Shown piece after piece: positions 1 through 21,380 of a stretch of DNA of 64,000 nt; positions within the stretch are counted from its first letter, which is position 1; each line of letters begins with the position of its first letter. Origin of the DNA: Trichoplax sp. H2 (lineage: Eukaryota); assembly GCA_003344405.1 (NCBI GenBank), contig NOWV01000104.1, forward strand, positions 62,001 through 126,000, written 5' to 3'. The notes under the pieces are model-generated. The model saw only the letters and a program-made list of their open reading frames with translations, made no database searches and was not told the DNA's origin. Made by a program: the position numbers and the translations under genes.

Positions 1-7401
<7,401 letters not shown>

Positions 7402-9123
7402 CTATGTGCATCAGTATTTTGGAGTGAATACAGTTAATAAAATGAGAAGATAAATTTATGTGTATTTTATTATTATTGCAGTGATAATGTGATCCTTGAA
7501 TACCTCGTATCGACAGCTACAGCATTGAAATAATAAGATTTCAATCAGCTGTCAAGGACTTTATTAATTTTACTCGTACTATTCTATTTTATCACTGAAA
7601 AATAAATTAGTACAGTATAAGCAACATCAAAGTACGATCAAAGACTGGATTACTAGGATCAAAAAGTTTGATTATGAGTAAAGAAAAGACAAGATAGCAG
7701 TCCAATGATTTGATTAATACTCGTGCATTAAAATCCTGATTGCTTAATAGGTAATCTCGCCTGCTTTCTTAAATTAAAGGGTTACAAATACCTCTTCTAT
7801 GAAACAGTGCATGGCATGAAAAAGGTGGTAGAAGATTATTTATAAAAACACTGACAACATTAATTATTACGTTCCACAGTTCTAACGTAGTTTCCTGCAT
7901 ATTACTTATATACAGTATCTTGTTCTAGTCAGACATCGCTTTAATAAAAGGAAGCTATCTCAGTACGTAGAAATATGTCGTTCGCTATAGCACGTATGCT
8001 TATGTTCTATTTCCAAAGGCTCAATTATTCACAGTAATTACTCGTATGTTGAACTACGCAGTGATTTTTATTTAATCATTCGATCTAAGGTTCGTTCAGC
8101 AAATTTTTAGTCCATTATGTGTAATACTGGGAATAGTTGATTATTTGAATGTGAAGACCGATAATTATGATACTGTATGCAAATTATAGCTCACCTAGGG
8201 TAGTTTGGATAAAAATGATTAAAAATAACCAAAATACTTTATAATTCAGCAGCGCCATCAGGATGTACTTGATTTTCTTTTTGCTAATTTCACGCTATCA
8301 CCGAATAGGCTGTCAATGGCATAGTTTGACGAAACTGGTAGGAGCGCATACTATGTTGCTTTTTGAAATCTTATTACGGCAAATAACTCTGTACTTATAC
8401 TACCATTGATTGATGGATTGGGTTTCAAAACACAAATATGAGCGATTACTTAATAAACAATATGAAATATTACGATCCAAATAGAGGCATCTATTTTAGA
8501 TCTGTATTTTTATTTATATGCCCTTATATAGAAAGTATCGGCAAAAAATATTATAAAATCAATAAAAAATAGGACATATCGTGGCGTTGTGATTAATACT
8601 TTATTTTTAAGTCAGATTCTGTTATAAAAACCCTTACTTTAGATTTCAAATTTTGTTCAATTAATTGATTAACAGCATAAAGAACGTTCTTGAAGGGGAT
8701 TTCTGAATTCACAGAATGTTTAAATTTTGAATAGTCACCGTCTTGGTGTAAAAAAAAATATTTATTGTTATCATAACATGTTCGTTTGTTTCTGTTAATG
8801 TTCTATTTAGGTGATGACATGATAGTCAAATTTTCAGATATTTAAACATAACTTTGTAACATATTAGCGATTCGAATATAATGATCATTTTATCAATTCA
8901 TTACTTAATAGACTGCCTTTAATTACTGGCAAGGATTAACTAGAGGTTAGTGGTTTATTGCTTTATGCGTTGTTTTATTAATTTTATTTTATGCTAAAAT
9001 TTTAAAGTCAGCGTAGAATCATTTCGAAACAAGCTGTATAGAAAATACTCTTGTGGTTTTTATCTAGATTTGTTTTTGTTGAAATGAAATGCTAAATGGG
9101 GTTCTAGTTAAAAGATACGCGTA

Positions 9124-10030
9124 TATCCCTTTGAGCCAATCGGAGCATCAAAACAATTAAAAAAACATTCTCAAGCAAGAAGTCATCCCTTCTATTATTG
9201 AACCACAAATTTTGATTCATTTTCTACTATATCTATAATGAAGAAAGCACCGAAAATTAAGCAAATTCCTTCAGAAATGTGTAATTCTATCTTAAAATAT
9301 TCCTTTTGGTCTATTGAAGCATCATTGCAACTCAATATAACAGTCTCAAACTAGAAACCATCTCTTCTATTGTTTGATGATAAATTTTTATTTAATTTTC
9401 TGCTTAAGTCAGTGACGCAGAAAACGTCAAAACTGTGCAAATTCTTTACGAAATAACTCTAACTTGAATCTTTACTCTCAAACTTAAAACATTTCTTTAA
9501 GCTGATTGGAGCATAAAAGCAACTCATATAACATTCTCAACTGAGAAGCTATTTTTTCTAGTATTTGAGGATAATTATAGCTCACTTTCTATTAAAATCT
9601 ATAACAAAGAATACGTCGTATACCAGGCAAATCTTTCCTTACAAAGTAACGCTTACTTGAATCTTGAAGATCAAACATCCCTTTGAATCTATCAGAGCAC
9701 GAAAGCAACTAAAATAAGAATCTAAATCGAGAGGCCGTTCCCTTTATTGTTTGACGATTATTACGATTCATTTTCTATTAAAAATCAGTGACGAAGAAAT
9801 TGCTGAAAACTAGTCAAACTCCTTATAAGACAGCTCTATCTTAATTCTTTACAGTTAAATTTAAAACATCCCTTTGAGTCTATTGGAGTATTAAAGCAAC
9901 TATAAATAACATTCTTAACAAGAAGCTATTAATTCTACTATTTGGTGATAAATTATATGCGTTTTTTGTTAAAATTTGTGACGAAGTTTACATCAAAAAA
10001 CCAGGCAAATTCCTTAAGAGATAACTAACA
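9124..10030. repeat. Degenerate tandem repeat, 5 units of ~175-190 bp
   Basis: Units start near 9124, 9297, 9489, 9675 and 9866. Each shows a(t/c)atccctttga..(c/t)tattggagca..aaagcaact..ataacattct..ttctatta..gtgacgaagaa..ggcaaattcctt in the same order. Confidence 0.85.
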
Positions 10031-11707
10031 TAAATCACTACAGTCAAACATGAAAATGAATGATGTTGCATAGTCGTTGGTATGTCGAATTAAAATTTCA
10101 AGGGCTTTATTTAGATAAAATGTATCGAATTTGTGCACACCACTTTGTTAGATTCCTATGAAGTCTGTCGACGTAAGTCATCCATCCATTCTGAATTCCT
10201 ATTACACGAATGCGAAATCTACTAAATGATATCCACGCCTAATCTTAAAAGATTGGCTAAATTAAATAGTAACGTCTCCACTAGTAGTTAAAAACAGCAT
10301 TTGCATCTTTAATACTACCAATATTACTAATATAAAAGCGTAGCCTTGCTGGAAATAAGTGCGTGCTGTAGTGCATGGATAGTTAACTACCGATATAGAC
10401 AACAATGATAGGTTAACTTTGGTACTGTAGTACCGATACTTTTAATGCTTAGCAATTGAAATAGTCCTGTAAGAAAGTAAAAGAGTAATGTGTTATAGGT
10501 ATGGATTAGAGCCCCTTGATGTGGATATTATATGATAATGCAAATAGCTGGTGCTCATTTCGCTAAAACTAGAAAGATAATTACAGTAGCAAGCTGAGTT
10601 TGGTCCTTAAATTTCCATTTGCGAAGGAGATACTCATATTTATTGCAGTGCATTTATATATACGAGTACGTATATGCAAATAAATTTGACAGTAATTTGA
10701 TCATCTACTAAGACCGCTTGTAATTTGCATGTCTTTTATACAAAAATTAAAACTAATAATGCTATTACAATGCAAGAATTAGTGATGATAAGGTATTTAG
10801 CAAATAACAAGAATTTAATTTGTAAAGCGCAATAGTAAGTTCTACAAACATCGCAAAGTATTAATAAAGAAATAATTTTTAACAGTTGCAATTAATTTAG
10901 CAAACAGCCACGGGTACTTGTGAGTAAATGTCAAGGAAAGATTATAGTATATGCTATATATTCCTATTTTGCTACGAACTTATCTAGTCATTATTGATAT
11001 GGCGAATTATATTAGTACCTTAGATCTTTTAACCGATAAATATCTTATACATACTGAGTTGCACTATGAATATTAATTAATTAATAGTTATTATTATCAA
11101 TCATCAAAACTTTTTTCTTTAATATTAGAATTTTAGAAGTATCTTTCTTTATTGGAAAAATACATCAAGGTAATTAGACAAGTACCAATATCGATAGCAT
11201 CAAAGCGTCAATGTGAGGATCAAATTAACTCTAAAAATGATCAAATTAAGCGCGTTAGCTACCTCAATGACCAATACAGAAGTGATTTATCTTTTAAATC
11301 TAATTCATAACAAATAAATGGAAAATAATTTTGAAGTATTAAATACAAATCAGTCTACTGGCTGTGAACTACCGAGAGAATTCAAGTATAATACTGTAGT
11401 TTATGGAATCTGTAGACATTTTTCTTTGTCCCTAAATATACGAAGCTTTGTACTATTTCACATGCTTCTAAGATTTATTTAGTGAATTTTAAGGGTTTAA
11501 TGCAATAAAAAATTGCGGTAAGTAGAAATTTAATGGATCCATATTATCATTTGCAAATAATAAACTGAAAAATCTAATAATTTTCCTAACCTAATATGTA
11601 ATACGTACCATGTAACATGAATATGAAGCGAATTTTTAAAGATAATCTAAGTATTATTATCATGATTGCGATTGTTTATAATCTGAATTAGTTACTCAAA
11701 TACTCAC

Positions 11708-14700
11708 AATAACGAGTCCTATAAGTTGCCTTAAAACCATATCCAGTACGTGCATTATTTGTAACGTAGATAATAGTCATTCGGTTATACGACGACATCA
11801 GTGTACCAGGGCTACGGATGCCGCACCCGTTGAAAAGAATGCGCCTAGAACGTGTACTTCCATCGATGATTTTCATAAATTCTGAACATTTACCATTTGT
11901 ATCAGGGTTGGAAAGATGGAAACGTTCAAACGTTAGTAGTACATGCCTATAAGTTGGTGCAGTGATTGTAAAAATGCAACGCACACTTTTGGCGTATTCT
12001 CCAAAGTAATTTGGAGACGCAACAAGGCCAGATCTTGTCTTGAAGGTTTTGGTGATGAGTTCTGTTGTATTTAAATATTAATCAAATGAAACATATCCGT
12101 ATATATGAGTAAAGCACCACATACAGTAATTACGTTTATAAGATTTATTTATACTATTTAGTTTGTACCAGTTAGTATTTATGCTTATTGCGTGTAAACT
12201 TCCTTAAATTAAATACGATTATATAATACATTATTTATGCAATAGTTTAAGTATCGTCTAATAAATAGCAGCATGCATTAAAGTACTCACTCGATTCACA
12301 ACGTTCACCGATATATCCACGTTCACATCGGCATTTATATTTTTCAGAAGAGATAGCAATACATTTTCCGTTATTTTTGCAAGTGTCAGGTTTGCAAGGT
12401 GACTTATCTTCCACTATCAGGTTCAAAATATAGAATGAATATGTTATTCTAATAATTAGCACTAGATCATGATATAATTTTGAAGCTTTATCTCGATATC
12501 GTTTGAACCAACTGACTCATTACCATACGGTATTTGTATTTATGATATCATGTATTGTAAGCTTAGTATTTAAAGCTAATGGTTTTGAAATCACAATCTT
12601 ATTAATATCATATTTACGAGAAAAGTTATCAATGTGCTAAATTAACGAACGATTACAAAGTTATTTAACGAAAGCATACCTGCAGAATAAGTCGCGTAGA
12701 AGCCCTTCCTTTCTATGTTTTTATCACTCATGAAAACTATGTAGATCAAATTTGTCTTCGACTCATATCTCAAATACCTTCGCTTGCCACAAGCTGCAGC
12801 AGCTAAATCATGTCGATAATGACCTCCATCATATATTCTTAAGATATCATAACAGCCAAAGATGCCGGCCTCCAAGTCAAAGGTATCAAATCTTATATCA
12901 ATTCTTTGGTGTTTCGGTAGGTGGATTTCGTAGATACACCTCGCTCTTGGAGGATATGATTGTGGAAATCTTGGTGACGTCAAGATTCCTCTTGATCCAG
13001 TGAAGTTACCTCCGCAACGTCCAATAGAACCTAGATTTATTATGTGCAAGTTAATCCAATATACAATCAATGCTAAAATGCCCAAGTCTTTAAAAATATT
13101 ACTAAAGCGATTGTAAGATATTTCGAAAGATATTTTGAAAAATATGTCTTACTTTCTGTGGGTTTTTGTGTAGTTGCTTCTGTCGTTGGTGGTACTATAA
13201 TATATTTAATCACACACGAAGTAACATAAATGTATAACGCTTAGCATGCTTGCACTAGGCTGTGCACATGTATATAGCTATTGCTCATATGAAAGAAATC
13301 ATCTTGAATTTACCTGTTGTTTGTGAAATACCTAACGAAGTAAAATTTTGTACGCAGAATTATGAGTACGATGCCTGTTGATTATATAACAAAATTTAGT
13401 GATTAATAATTCTTACTGTCTTGGCATTGACGACCATAGAACCCTGGTTGACATGTACATTGGAAATCACGGTAATTATTAACGTTCTGACATAGTCCTC
13501 CATTGTAGCACTCGTTGTTATGACAAGGTAATCCAATATCTACAAATTAAATACAATGTTAATTAGTCTAGCAAGAGCTACAGTATATTAAATTTATTAA
13601 AAATTTTGTTATCTTATCAATATCATGCAATTTCATACATCGATCACAATTTCTACCGCCAAATCCTCCATAACATGTGCAGCGATAATCTCGTCCTCCG
13701 TCAACATCAGTACAATATCCGTTGCTGCAAGGCATTTTGTAGCATGCCGTAAGACCTTAGAAGAGCAGATAAATATTATTTGAGAGCTTAAGGAGCATTT
13801 TTGGTCGTAGTTAGAATCTTGAACTACTTACGATGTTGACAATATCGTCCAGTGTATCCAGGAAAGCAGGCGCATGTATAATCAGTGTTTGTATTTAAAG
13901 AACAAGTTCCATTTCGACATGGTTGAGAATCGCATGCAGTTCCGACATCTACAAAATTAACCATTAACTTATAGGCGTATATACATACAGATATATAATT
14001 ATGAGCTTTTCAATGATAAGAAAGTTACAGTTTTAAAGAATTCGTATTTAACATTTAGAATATTAGCAGCATACACTTTTCGCAATTTCTTCCGTCGTAT
14101 CCCCAATAACAAAGGCACTTGTAGGTATTTGTCTCATTCCTAGGACGCATGCAAGTACCGCCATTTTGGCATGGACGAAGCGAACATATGTTATCCACTT
14201 ACATACAGATATGAAACAAATAATAGTCCGTATAGGAAGAAGCACAAGGAAATTATTTAAATCAAGAAATAACTTCTGCAATATTTGTTTTAACGACACT
14301 CAAGCAAAAGGACATACCTGCTCTATCGCAGTTTCTTCCTACGTAACCTAACTTGCAATTGCAAATATACGAGTCTTTGCCTCTTCCGGTTGCAGTACAT
14401 GAGCCATAGTTACAAGGATTCCTATCGCATGCAGTTCCTTCGTCTAGTAGAAAAAAAATCGTTTTATAAATTAAACAATCAAAGTAGCTTGAACTACGAC
14501 GTGATATTATTATTATCTTACAAATATCGCAGTTTCGCCCTGCATATCCCCAAGCGCAGGAACATTTGTACGAGGTTGGTCCAAACCTTTGGCATGAACC
14601 CCCATTTTGGCAAGGCTTCTCTTCACATACTCGAATACCTTCATACGCACAGAAGAATGCAATATTGTTAACGAATAAAATAACTTTATTACATATCTGA

Positions 14701-17580
14701 ACTGATCACAGCTTGCACACTGCATCACTTCATGGACTAGGGCTATTTCACCTGAAATCCAATCACAATTTTGACCCTCGTATCCTTCATAACATTCGCA
14801 TGTGTAACTGGTGCCATTACTGATCTCGGTACAGATACCGTTCGCACATGGGGAAGGATCGCATGGTTTAGGGATTTCTGTTTTTACATTTAAAGCAATG
14901 TCATGATCATGAGATACAAAGCCTAGATTATATTTTCTTTCTTAATTTTCAAATTAAACTGACTTATTTCACAGTCCCTTCCTTCATATCTCACTAAACA
15001 GTTGCAGATATAATCGGTACCGTTCGATAAGCAGGAACCATTATTTAAACAAGGATAGGATTCGCATGGATCTGCATGAGGATAATTCAAAGTTAAATTA
15101 TCAAATTGAAGCTTTTATTGGTACAGTACCCATATATGCAAGCTATAATAAATCATTTAAATGTTATAGTAAAGACCTGTAGACAGCTCCGTTCCATTTC
15201 CCTCTAGTTCACAATTTACACCGGAAAATCCATTGGCGCAAAAGCATTCATAATTATAATCGGTTAGGTTGAAATTTGGTAAGCAAGTTGCCCCATTGAC
15301 GCATGTATTGTTATAGCAAGGATTCTCTTCAGAAACTTAGTGCATAGTATGAATTGATGAGAAAATTACGAACAGGCCAATTGCATTTTTATGATGATTA
15401 CTATAGTATCAAATTATGAAAGATACTCACCTTCTTCACAAGTAGAGCCACCCCATCCCTCGAAACACACGCAGACACTTGTATTATTATTCATATTAAC
15501 ACATTGACCAGCTCTACACGTCGTGATATTGCACTGCATAGAGTTATTATTAAATCCTAAAGCAGAATGAAGACATCGATTTTATAACCTTCATCTGCGA
15601 TAAATTAAATTTGGCCTACGGGAATTATCATAGCTACTACTGCATCTTAACTACATCGTAGGTGCACAACATAGTATGCTCATGTACGTGTTTAAAATGT
15701 ATGTGTCTTAGACTTACCATAATCGGTATCGTTATTCGCAGTGCGGTTTTGAAATGTTGAAGTGTTATTCAGTTGATTGTCATACCAATTTGTTTCATTG
15801 CTATCTTGAGTACTGTTGTCGAAAGTACCGGTACCGTTCATGAAGATTTCAGTTTCGTTGGTAAAATGAGCAGTGTCATTGCTGTGAATAAAATTCACTG
15901 AATTGGTGTGGTTCAATTGCGATGTTCCTTCTGTAGTAGAATTCATTGCTGCATTGAATGAAAATTAAAATCTTTTAAGCTTGCCTTAATTTAAGAAAAT
16001 TTTCATTTCTAGATTAATCACAAATATTATACCAGGGCTTGGCGTCGCGTCAGAACCGCCAGTCAGCTTACTAATATTGACTACAATAGCCACAGCGCTT
16101 TCGCATCTAGCACCTGTAAATCCGTTTACACAGTAACACAGGATAGATTTACCCCCATTAGTCGGAAAGCAAGTACCACTATTTTGACAAGGGTTACCAT
16201 AACACGGGCTTGATGGGCTGTCTATAATTTTTAAAATTTACCACAAAGTTCGAGTTATTTCAGCTTATACTTTTTCCTGTAAAGTCATCACAACACTTAC
16301 AGGAGTCTAAAGGACTATGAAATACTTGCAATGTTGACAAAGCAATGTTAGGTATGTTTATAATCAAATAGTCAACCAAAGAAATGTAATTAATTGAATA
16401 TAATAATGCTGCTAATAACGGTATAAATGTAGCTTGCTATCTGTTATTAGAGACTTGTTGAAAAAGTGCATCTAGTTTACCATATAATCAATTTATTCTG
16501 TTTAGAAATTGATATAAGATTGATAAAAGGGATTATATCGCAAACTAAATATAGATATAATTAGCCCAAGTAAAATTGTCTAATGAAAGAACTTAGCAAT
16601 ATGTTAGATTTAAAGTAAAATAGTATTATCTTATCCACTTACATTCATCGCAACTTGAGCCATGAAATCCGGGATAGCAAATACATAAACCACCCATGTT
16701 CATACCATGTTGACAGTCCATTGCAACTAGTCGTGCATTTGTAATGTTAATTTCGAACATGTCAGTAGAACATTTCGTAAATACATATTATTAAAACAGC
16801 TAAGTGATATTTTGGTTATTAAGTTATACAAAGTATAGCAACAATTTACTACTCACCTTCCGAGGAATCTCCCCATCCATTCTTATAAATAATGAATATA
16901 TATAATTAATGAAAATAATTTTTGATTGCGACTTGTCCAACATTGTATAATAGTATAATACACAGTATTTTGAATAATATTCCCTCATGAGGCTATCATT
17001 CGTACACAGCTGAAACTTATTCTCAATACGAAATCAGATATATATTCTCAAGTATTCTATAATTATCCTCAAATCTTACACTGAGCGAGACAGTAACTAC
17101 CCTAAGCAAAATACCAGTATTCAGTGTATTGTACTAACTTTCATTAACCCTAACGTGTTTACTGCGGCTATGTAATACTACATTAATTTGGGCAAATATC
17201 TAGCAGTTGACTGATGGATTTCAGCTCCCAAATGCAATTATTAGTTGCTGCTGCCATTTATTTGATGAAATATCCGCTGCCTGAAATTCATATGGCTTAA
17301 AAACTCCGTGAATTAATTTATAAGGGGCAGATTTACATGTATCCAAAATAAATAATGCGATCATCGTGCCCATTTATTTTAAATTAATGATGTATTATAG
17401 AAAAATTAACTAAACATATTTGTCTGTAATCATTAATTAAAGTTAAAATAACACATGCAGTCACGTTTTAAATATAGTATGAGTTCTTACGTTCGCATCA
17501 AACTGTCCTTGACAGTTGTTGGCAAATTGCGTAGTTATAACCAATGCGACACAAAAAATATGAATTAGTCGCATTTTCAT
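11708..17580 (-). CDS. Signal peptide, ~12 EGF-like repeats with an N-glycan-rich spacer, Thr/Pro linker, then CUB-EGF-CUB; no stop codon (ends at a splice donor)
   Basis: Exon 1 17491-17580 MKMRLIHIFCVALVITTQFANNCQGQFDAN (signal peptide-like). Other exons: 16857-16881; 16643-16726; 16033-16221; 15718-15948; EGF exons starting at 15431, 15177, 14964, 14752, 14522, 14318, 14075, 13832, 13639 and 13417; linkers 13314-13331 and 13153-13194; CUB 12680-13030 (CGGNFTGSRGILTSPRFPQSYPPRARCIYEI...GFYATY); EGF 12291-12413; CUB 11708-12061. Intron phases are consistent throughout. Confidence 0.88.
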
Positions 17581-20208
17581 ATTGAGTAAACCCGTGAAAA
17601 ACCACCAACCTAGTCATCAGTTATAATACGTCACAATTACTATAGCAAATTTCTTATACATTAATAACAGCGTTTTACGCACAATGGTCACGAAAATTTT
17701 TAAACTGCAATATTTAAACAAAATAATTCTCCAAGTGTATTTCAGTTAGGCGATTTTAAGAATAAAACACGATATCCATAAACGTCATAAGAGTTGAAAT
17801 GAACATTTATGGCGAATATGAACTTAAAAGTTAGTAGATTAAATAGTTTGAGTTATCTTATAACTAACATAACTTCAAGCTAATATTTTCATCTGTTAAA
17901 GTTTTACAAAGTTTAATGAAAGTTAGATCTTATCGATGAATTGGCGTAAATAGCTATTTCTTACCTAAATTTTAATAATTTGAAATTATATCAGCCGGAT
18001 AAAGTAGTATGAAAAATTCGACCCAATTCTTTTCTTAGTATAAGAAGCCCTAGAGATTGCCCTATGATGCGAGTGGCTTTAGTATACTAATGAGGATGAG
18101 TATAAAATGAATAAGATGATAAATGATCGATCCTTGCGGTATTTTTCGATTTTAGCCGACCCGTCTCATTCCGTTTATTTATTCACGTGTTTTTTTTCGA
18201 GCTCTCTGTCAATTAAAAGTAGAAATGCCGTCATTATTTACTTTTATAAATTGATTACTAAGCTTATTATCTTAAAATTGTCAGATTTGAGTTGTTGTTC
18301 TCCTAATTTCCGACCTAAACAGTATCTGCATGAAAACTTTCATCAGATTTCGCCAGCATGTGGTTTCTCAAATCTTGATAGAAATAATAACGGCAGAAGA
18401 CTGTTGGACTACATATAGATCGCAAGCTTATATTAAATAATACTTATTTCATTCTGGTAGCCTTATATATTTCTTATTGAAGTAAGTTTTAAACTATAAA
18501 CCTGACGTGACTTTAGACTTACACTTAGGTATCTTAAACTAAGTGATAAATCTGGTACTGTAATCCATAACATATACATCAATATTTTGTAGCTCATGCA
18601 TAAAGACTTTTCTTAGTCAATTCATGACTTTAATAGATTGTACAGGATGACTTTCTTGGTAGGAATATGGTCAACCTAATCGGAAGTACAGATCATTGTA
18701 TAAATAAATAACGAACATGACTCATCCTAGCCAGTAAAATACTTCTTATTTAAATAATTGGTTTTCATGTAATTTCGTACTACGCATGATGTTCACAAAC
18801 TTTGGGGACGTCAAGCTTTACGAACGTGTCGCTGTTTGACCGGAATCTTAACAAAAACAAGCACCTGCTGATATTTTTTGCATAAATATTAGCGTCATAG
18901 ATGTCTGCAATATTATTTTGCATCGCTGAATTGCTTTTTGAATTAATTCGATCAAACATGTCTAGTTCATGCAAATTATTTTGTGTAACGATAATCACAG
19001 TCACAAGCTATCCCTTGTCTACGTATTATATTTACCACAATTATAACAATAAACATATTTTGAAATATCTAGGAGAAAATATACGTAATCTTTTCACAAT
19101 TATAAACGAAGGTATAATTGTCTCATCTATTTATCTTACATAAGAATCTAGGTAAAACGGTATTAAAATTCTTTTTTAATCTGACAAAGTGCCCATGTGA
19201 AGCAAATCGATGGCATTGGTGTCAATACAAACTTATTGGTTTAGCATTTCCTATGGAATTATATCGTTCTATATAACTACTGTATCATGAATTCAGCCTT
19301 AGATATCGGAAAATAGCAAGTTTGTCTACGGTATTATAATAGCAAATAGGAAGTTTTCACCTATAACGTCATGCACAATAAGCGCATTTATCTACAATAC
19401 TTTGATTACTCTTGTTTACCGTATATATCCTGCATTAAATTAAATTACTGCAATCCCTACTAAGCCATGACAAGTATTGGTTGCAATTAAATGTTCCTTG
19501 CTGATATCAAGGACTGCCCAACAGACTGCTATGGAGAATTAAAATAATTAGCCGATCACAAAGTCATGTATTAAAATAAATATTCACCACATTTTCAACA
19601 AATTGATGTCTAACTTAGCAATAATTATGCAAACAGACCAGAAAGTAGGTAAGATTATACCAAATATATAGTACGAACAAAGCAATGAACTAAATAGGCA
19701 TTAAAATTTTTTGAAATTAAATCCATGTTCAGATATTGTATTAGATGTAAAGTTGCTAAGCTAAACATTTCAATTTAGCCGTAAATGTGTATCTAACTAA
19801 GCCGTCTATCAGTAAGGTACAGGCTGACACCATTTAATATCTGTATAACATTTAGCCTACACTGAAGGTATTGCTCTAACAAGAATACTCCATTAAATAT
19901 TCCATAATAACGTATAGAATAGCTTAAAACTCTTACTTAACACTTTATCAAGCAATTCTTAAGATGTAATTTATGTTCAAACAGCATAAATAAGGAATAC
20001 AAAATTTACGCTATCGGCCAATATTTCTGTACAGTCTTACTGAATTGAAGTGGTATATAGCATATCTATGCTATATTGAAGGATGTATATGCACAAAATT
20101 AAGTTGTATACAGTACATTACATTGATAAACTAGACAGCACTACATCACGTAACCATCATGTAACCACCATCTGCCATTGACTGCAGTTACTAGTTATTG
20201 TGGCACAG

Positions 20209-21052
20209 TTAATTTTGGGTCGCTTTCGCTGGCTCACTATTACCACTCTCTACCTAAATGAGGTGAAACAATAAAAATTCACTTAAACTCTCCAGAATCA
20301 TCCCTGAATATCAATGTCACAAAGTATAGTTCTCAACAAGTAAAGGTACGATTCTATCGCATGTGCTGTCAAGTAAAGATTTATTAGTAGTAGAAAAGTT
20401 TAATTTAGCAAGTTGAATAAACTGTCAATACTATCAAAATCTTCACGATATATCCTGGTAAACTTAAGTTCATTTCTTTCAAGTATGAATACATTATAGC
20501 CATTTTGAGCCCATCATCTTAATAACTAAGCGTAAGATGTACTGTACCTTGCTCTTTGTAACGTAAATATTGGTGACTATGGATGCTGCCTACTTGACCA
20601 GAAAAATACAGTACAGTACAGGACCATGCAATATTACCTCATATAACTCCGGATATTTGAAAACGTGCTGACAATTTGCGTAGCTCATGCCAAAGCCAGC
20701 ACCAACGCCAAAAGCAATTGGCCAAGGACGACCTAAGGTGATCATAATATTAATCTGTTAACAAATACAAGACAAAGGATGAATTATTTGACAAATTTCA
20801 TCTTACGTTTAAATGCAAGTGCAGAAAACACTATTCCTAAGCCGATTCCAGCTCCTGTAGAGATTTAGAACAAATATGTCAATACAACTGCTATAACAAG
20901 ATAAATGTAGCAATAATAACGAAACTATAACTAGCAAAAGCTGCTCTAGCAATTAACGATGTCATCATTGGTGCATATTTACCGATCTTAACAGCCATGT
21001 CAGTTAGACATTTATCCCACTTTTCGCCCAAATCGTTCTCGTTTGCAACCAT
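20209..21052 (-). CDS. MICOS10: MICOS complex subunit MIC10 (MINOS1)
   Basis: Exons 20983-21052, 20807-20854 and 20638-20732 give MVANENDLGEKWDKCLTDMAVKIGAGIGLGIVFSALAFKRRPWPIAFGVGAGFGMSYANCQ, with KWD.C, two GxGxG transmembrane motifs and the KRR loop typical of Mic10. The final exon 20209-20253 and a possible 42-nt exon near 20548-20589 are less certain. Confidence 0.92.
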
Positions 21053-21147
21053 ATTTGATTCGATTTCAGTCTCCTTCAAAGTGGATAAACCACGCATGCT
21101 CGAAATGAATTCATGTAACTTGCGTGTTCGTGGAATGTTGCCTACTG

Positions 21148-21380
21148 AGTGTACTGTACCGTACTTAGGAGAACTGAGAGAATGTGAGCGCTATATGAGG
21201 GTCTCTAGTGAGCACTGAGCAGTCTCGCCTTCGACGACCGTTATTTTCTTTTGTAACCATAATGTACTGTAAAATACAGTACTATACACTGTAATCTGCA
21301 GTACTGTACACTGTACGGTACAGTACAGTCGTCCAAAGAAATTGACTGTAAGTCTGTAACTGTTTTTACAGTACAGTTCA
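21148..21380. promoter_or_regulatory. TACAG/CTGTA cluster upstream of MICOS10
   Basis: gtgtactgtaccgtac; gtactgtaaaatacagtactatacactgta; gtactgtacactgtacggtacagtacagt, 100-330 bp 5' of the ATG. Confidence 0.65.

Noticed and set aside
9124-10030. CRISPR-like or coding interpretation of the tandem array
   Set aside because: Eukaryotic intron context, whole units are homologous with no unique spacers, and there is no sustained ORF.
18107-19143. Short ORFs between the EGF/CUB gene and MICOS10
   Set aside because: No recognisable motifs, and I could not build a consistent spliced model.
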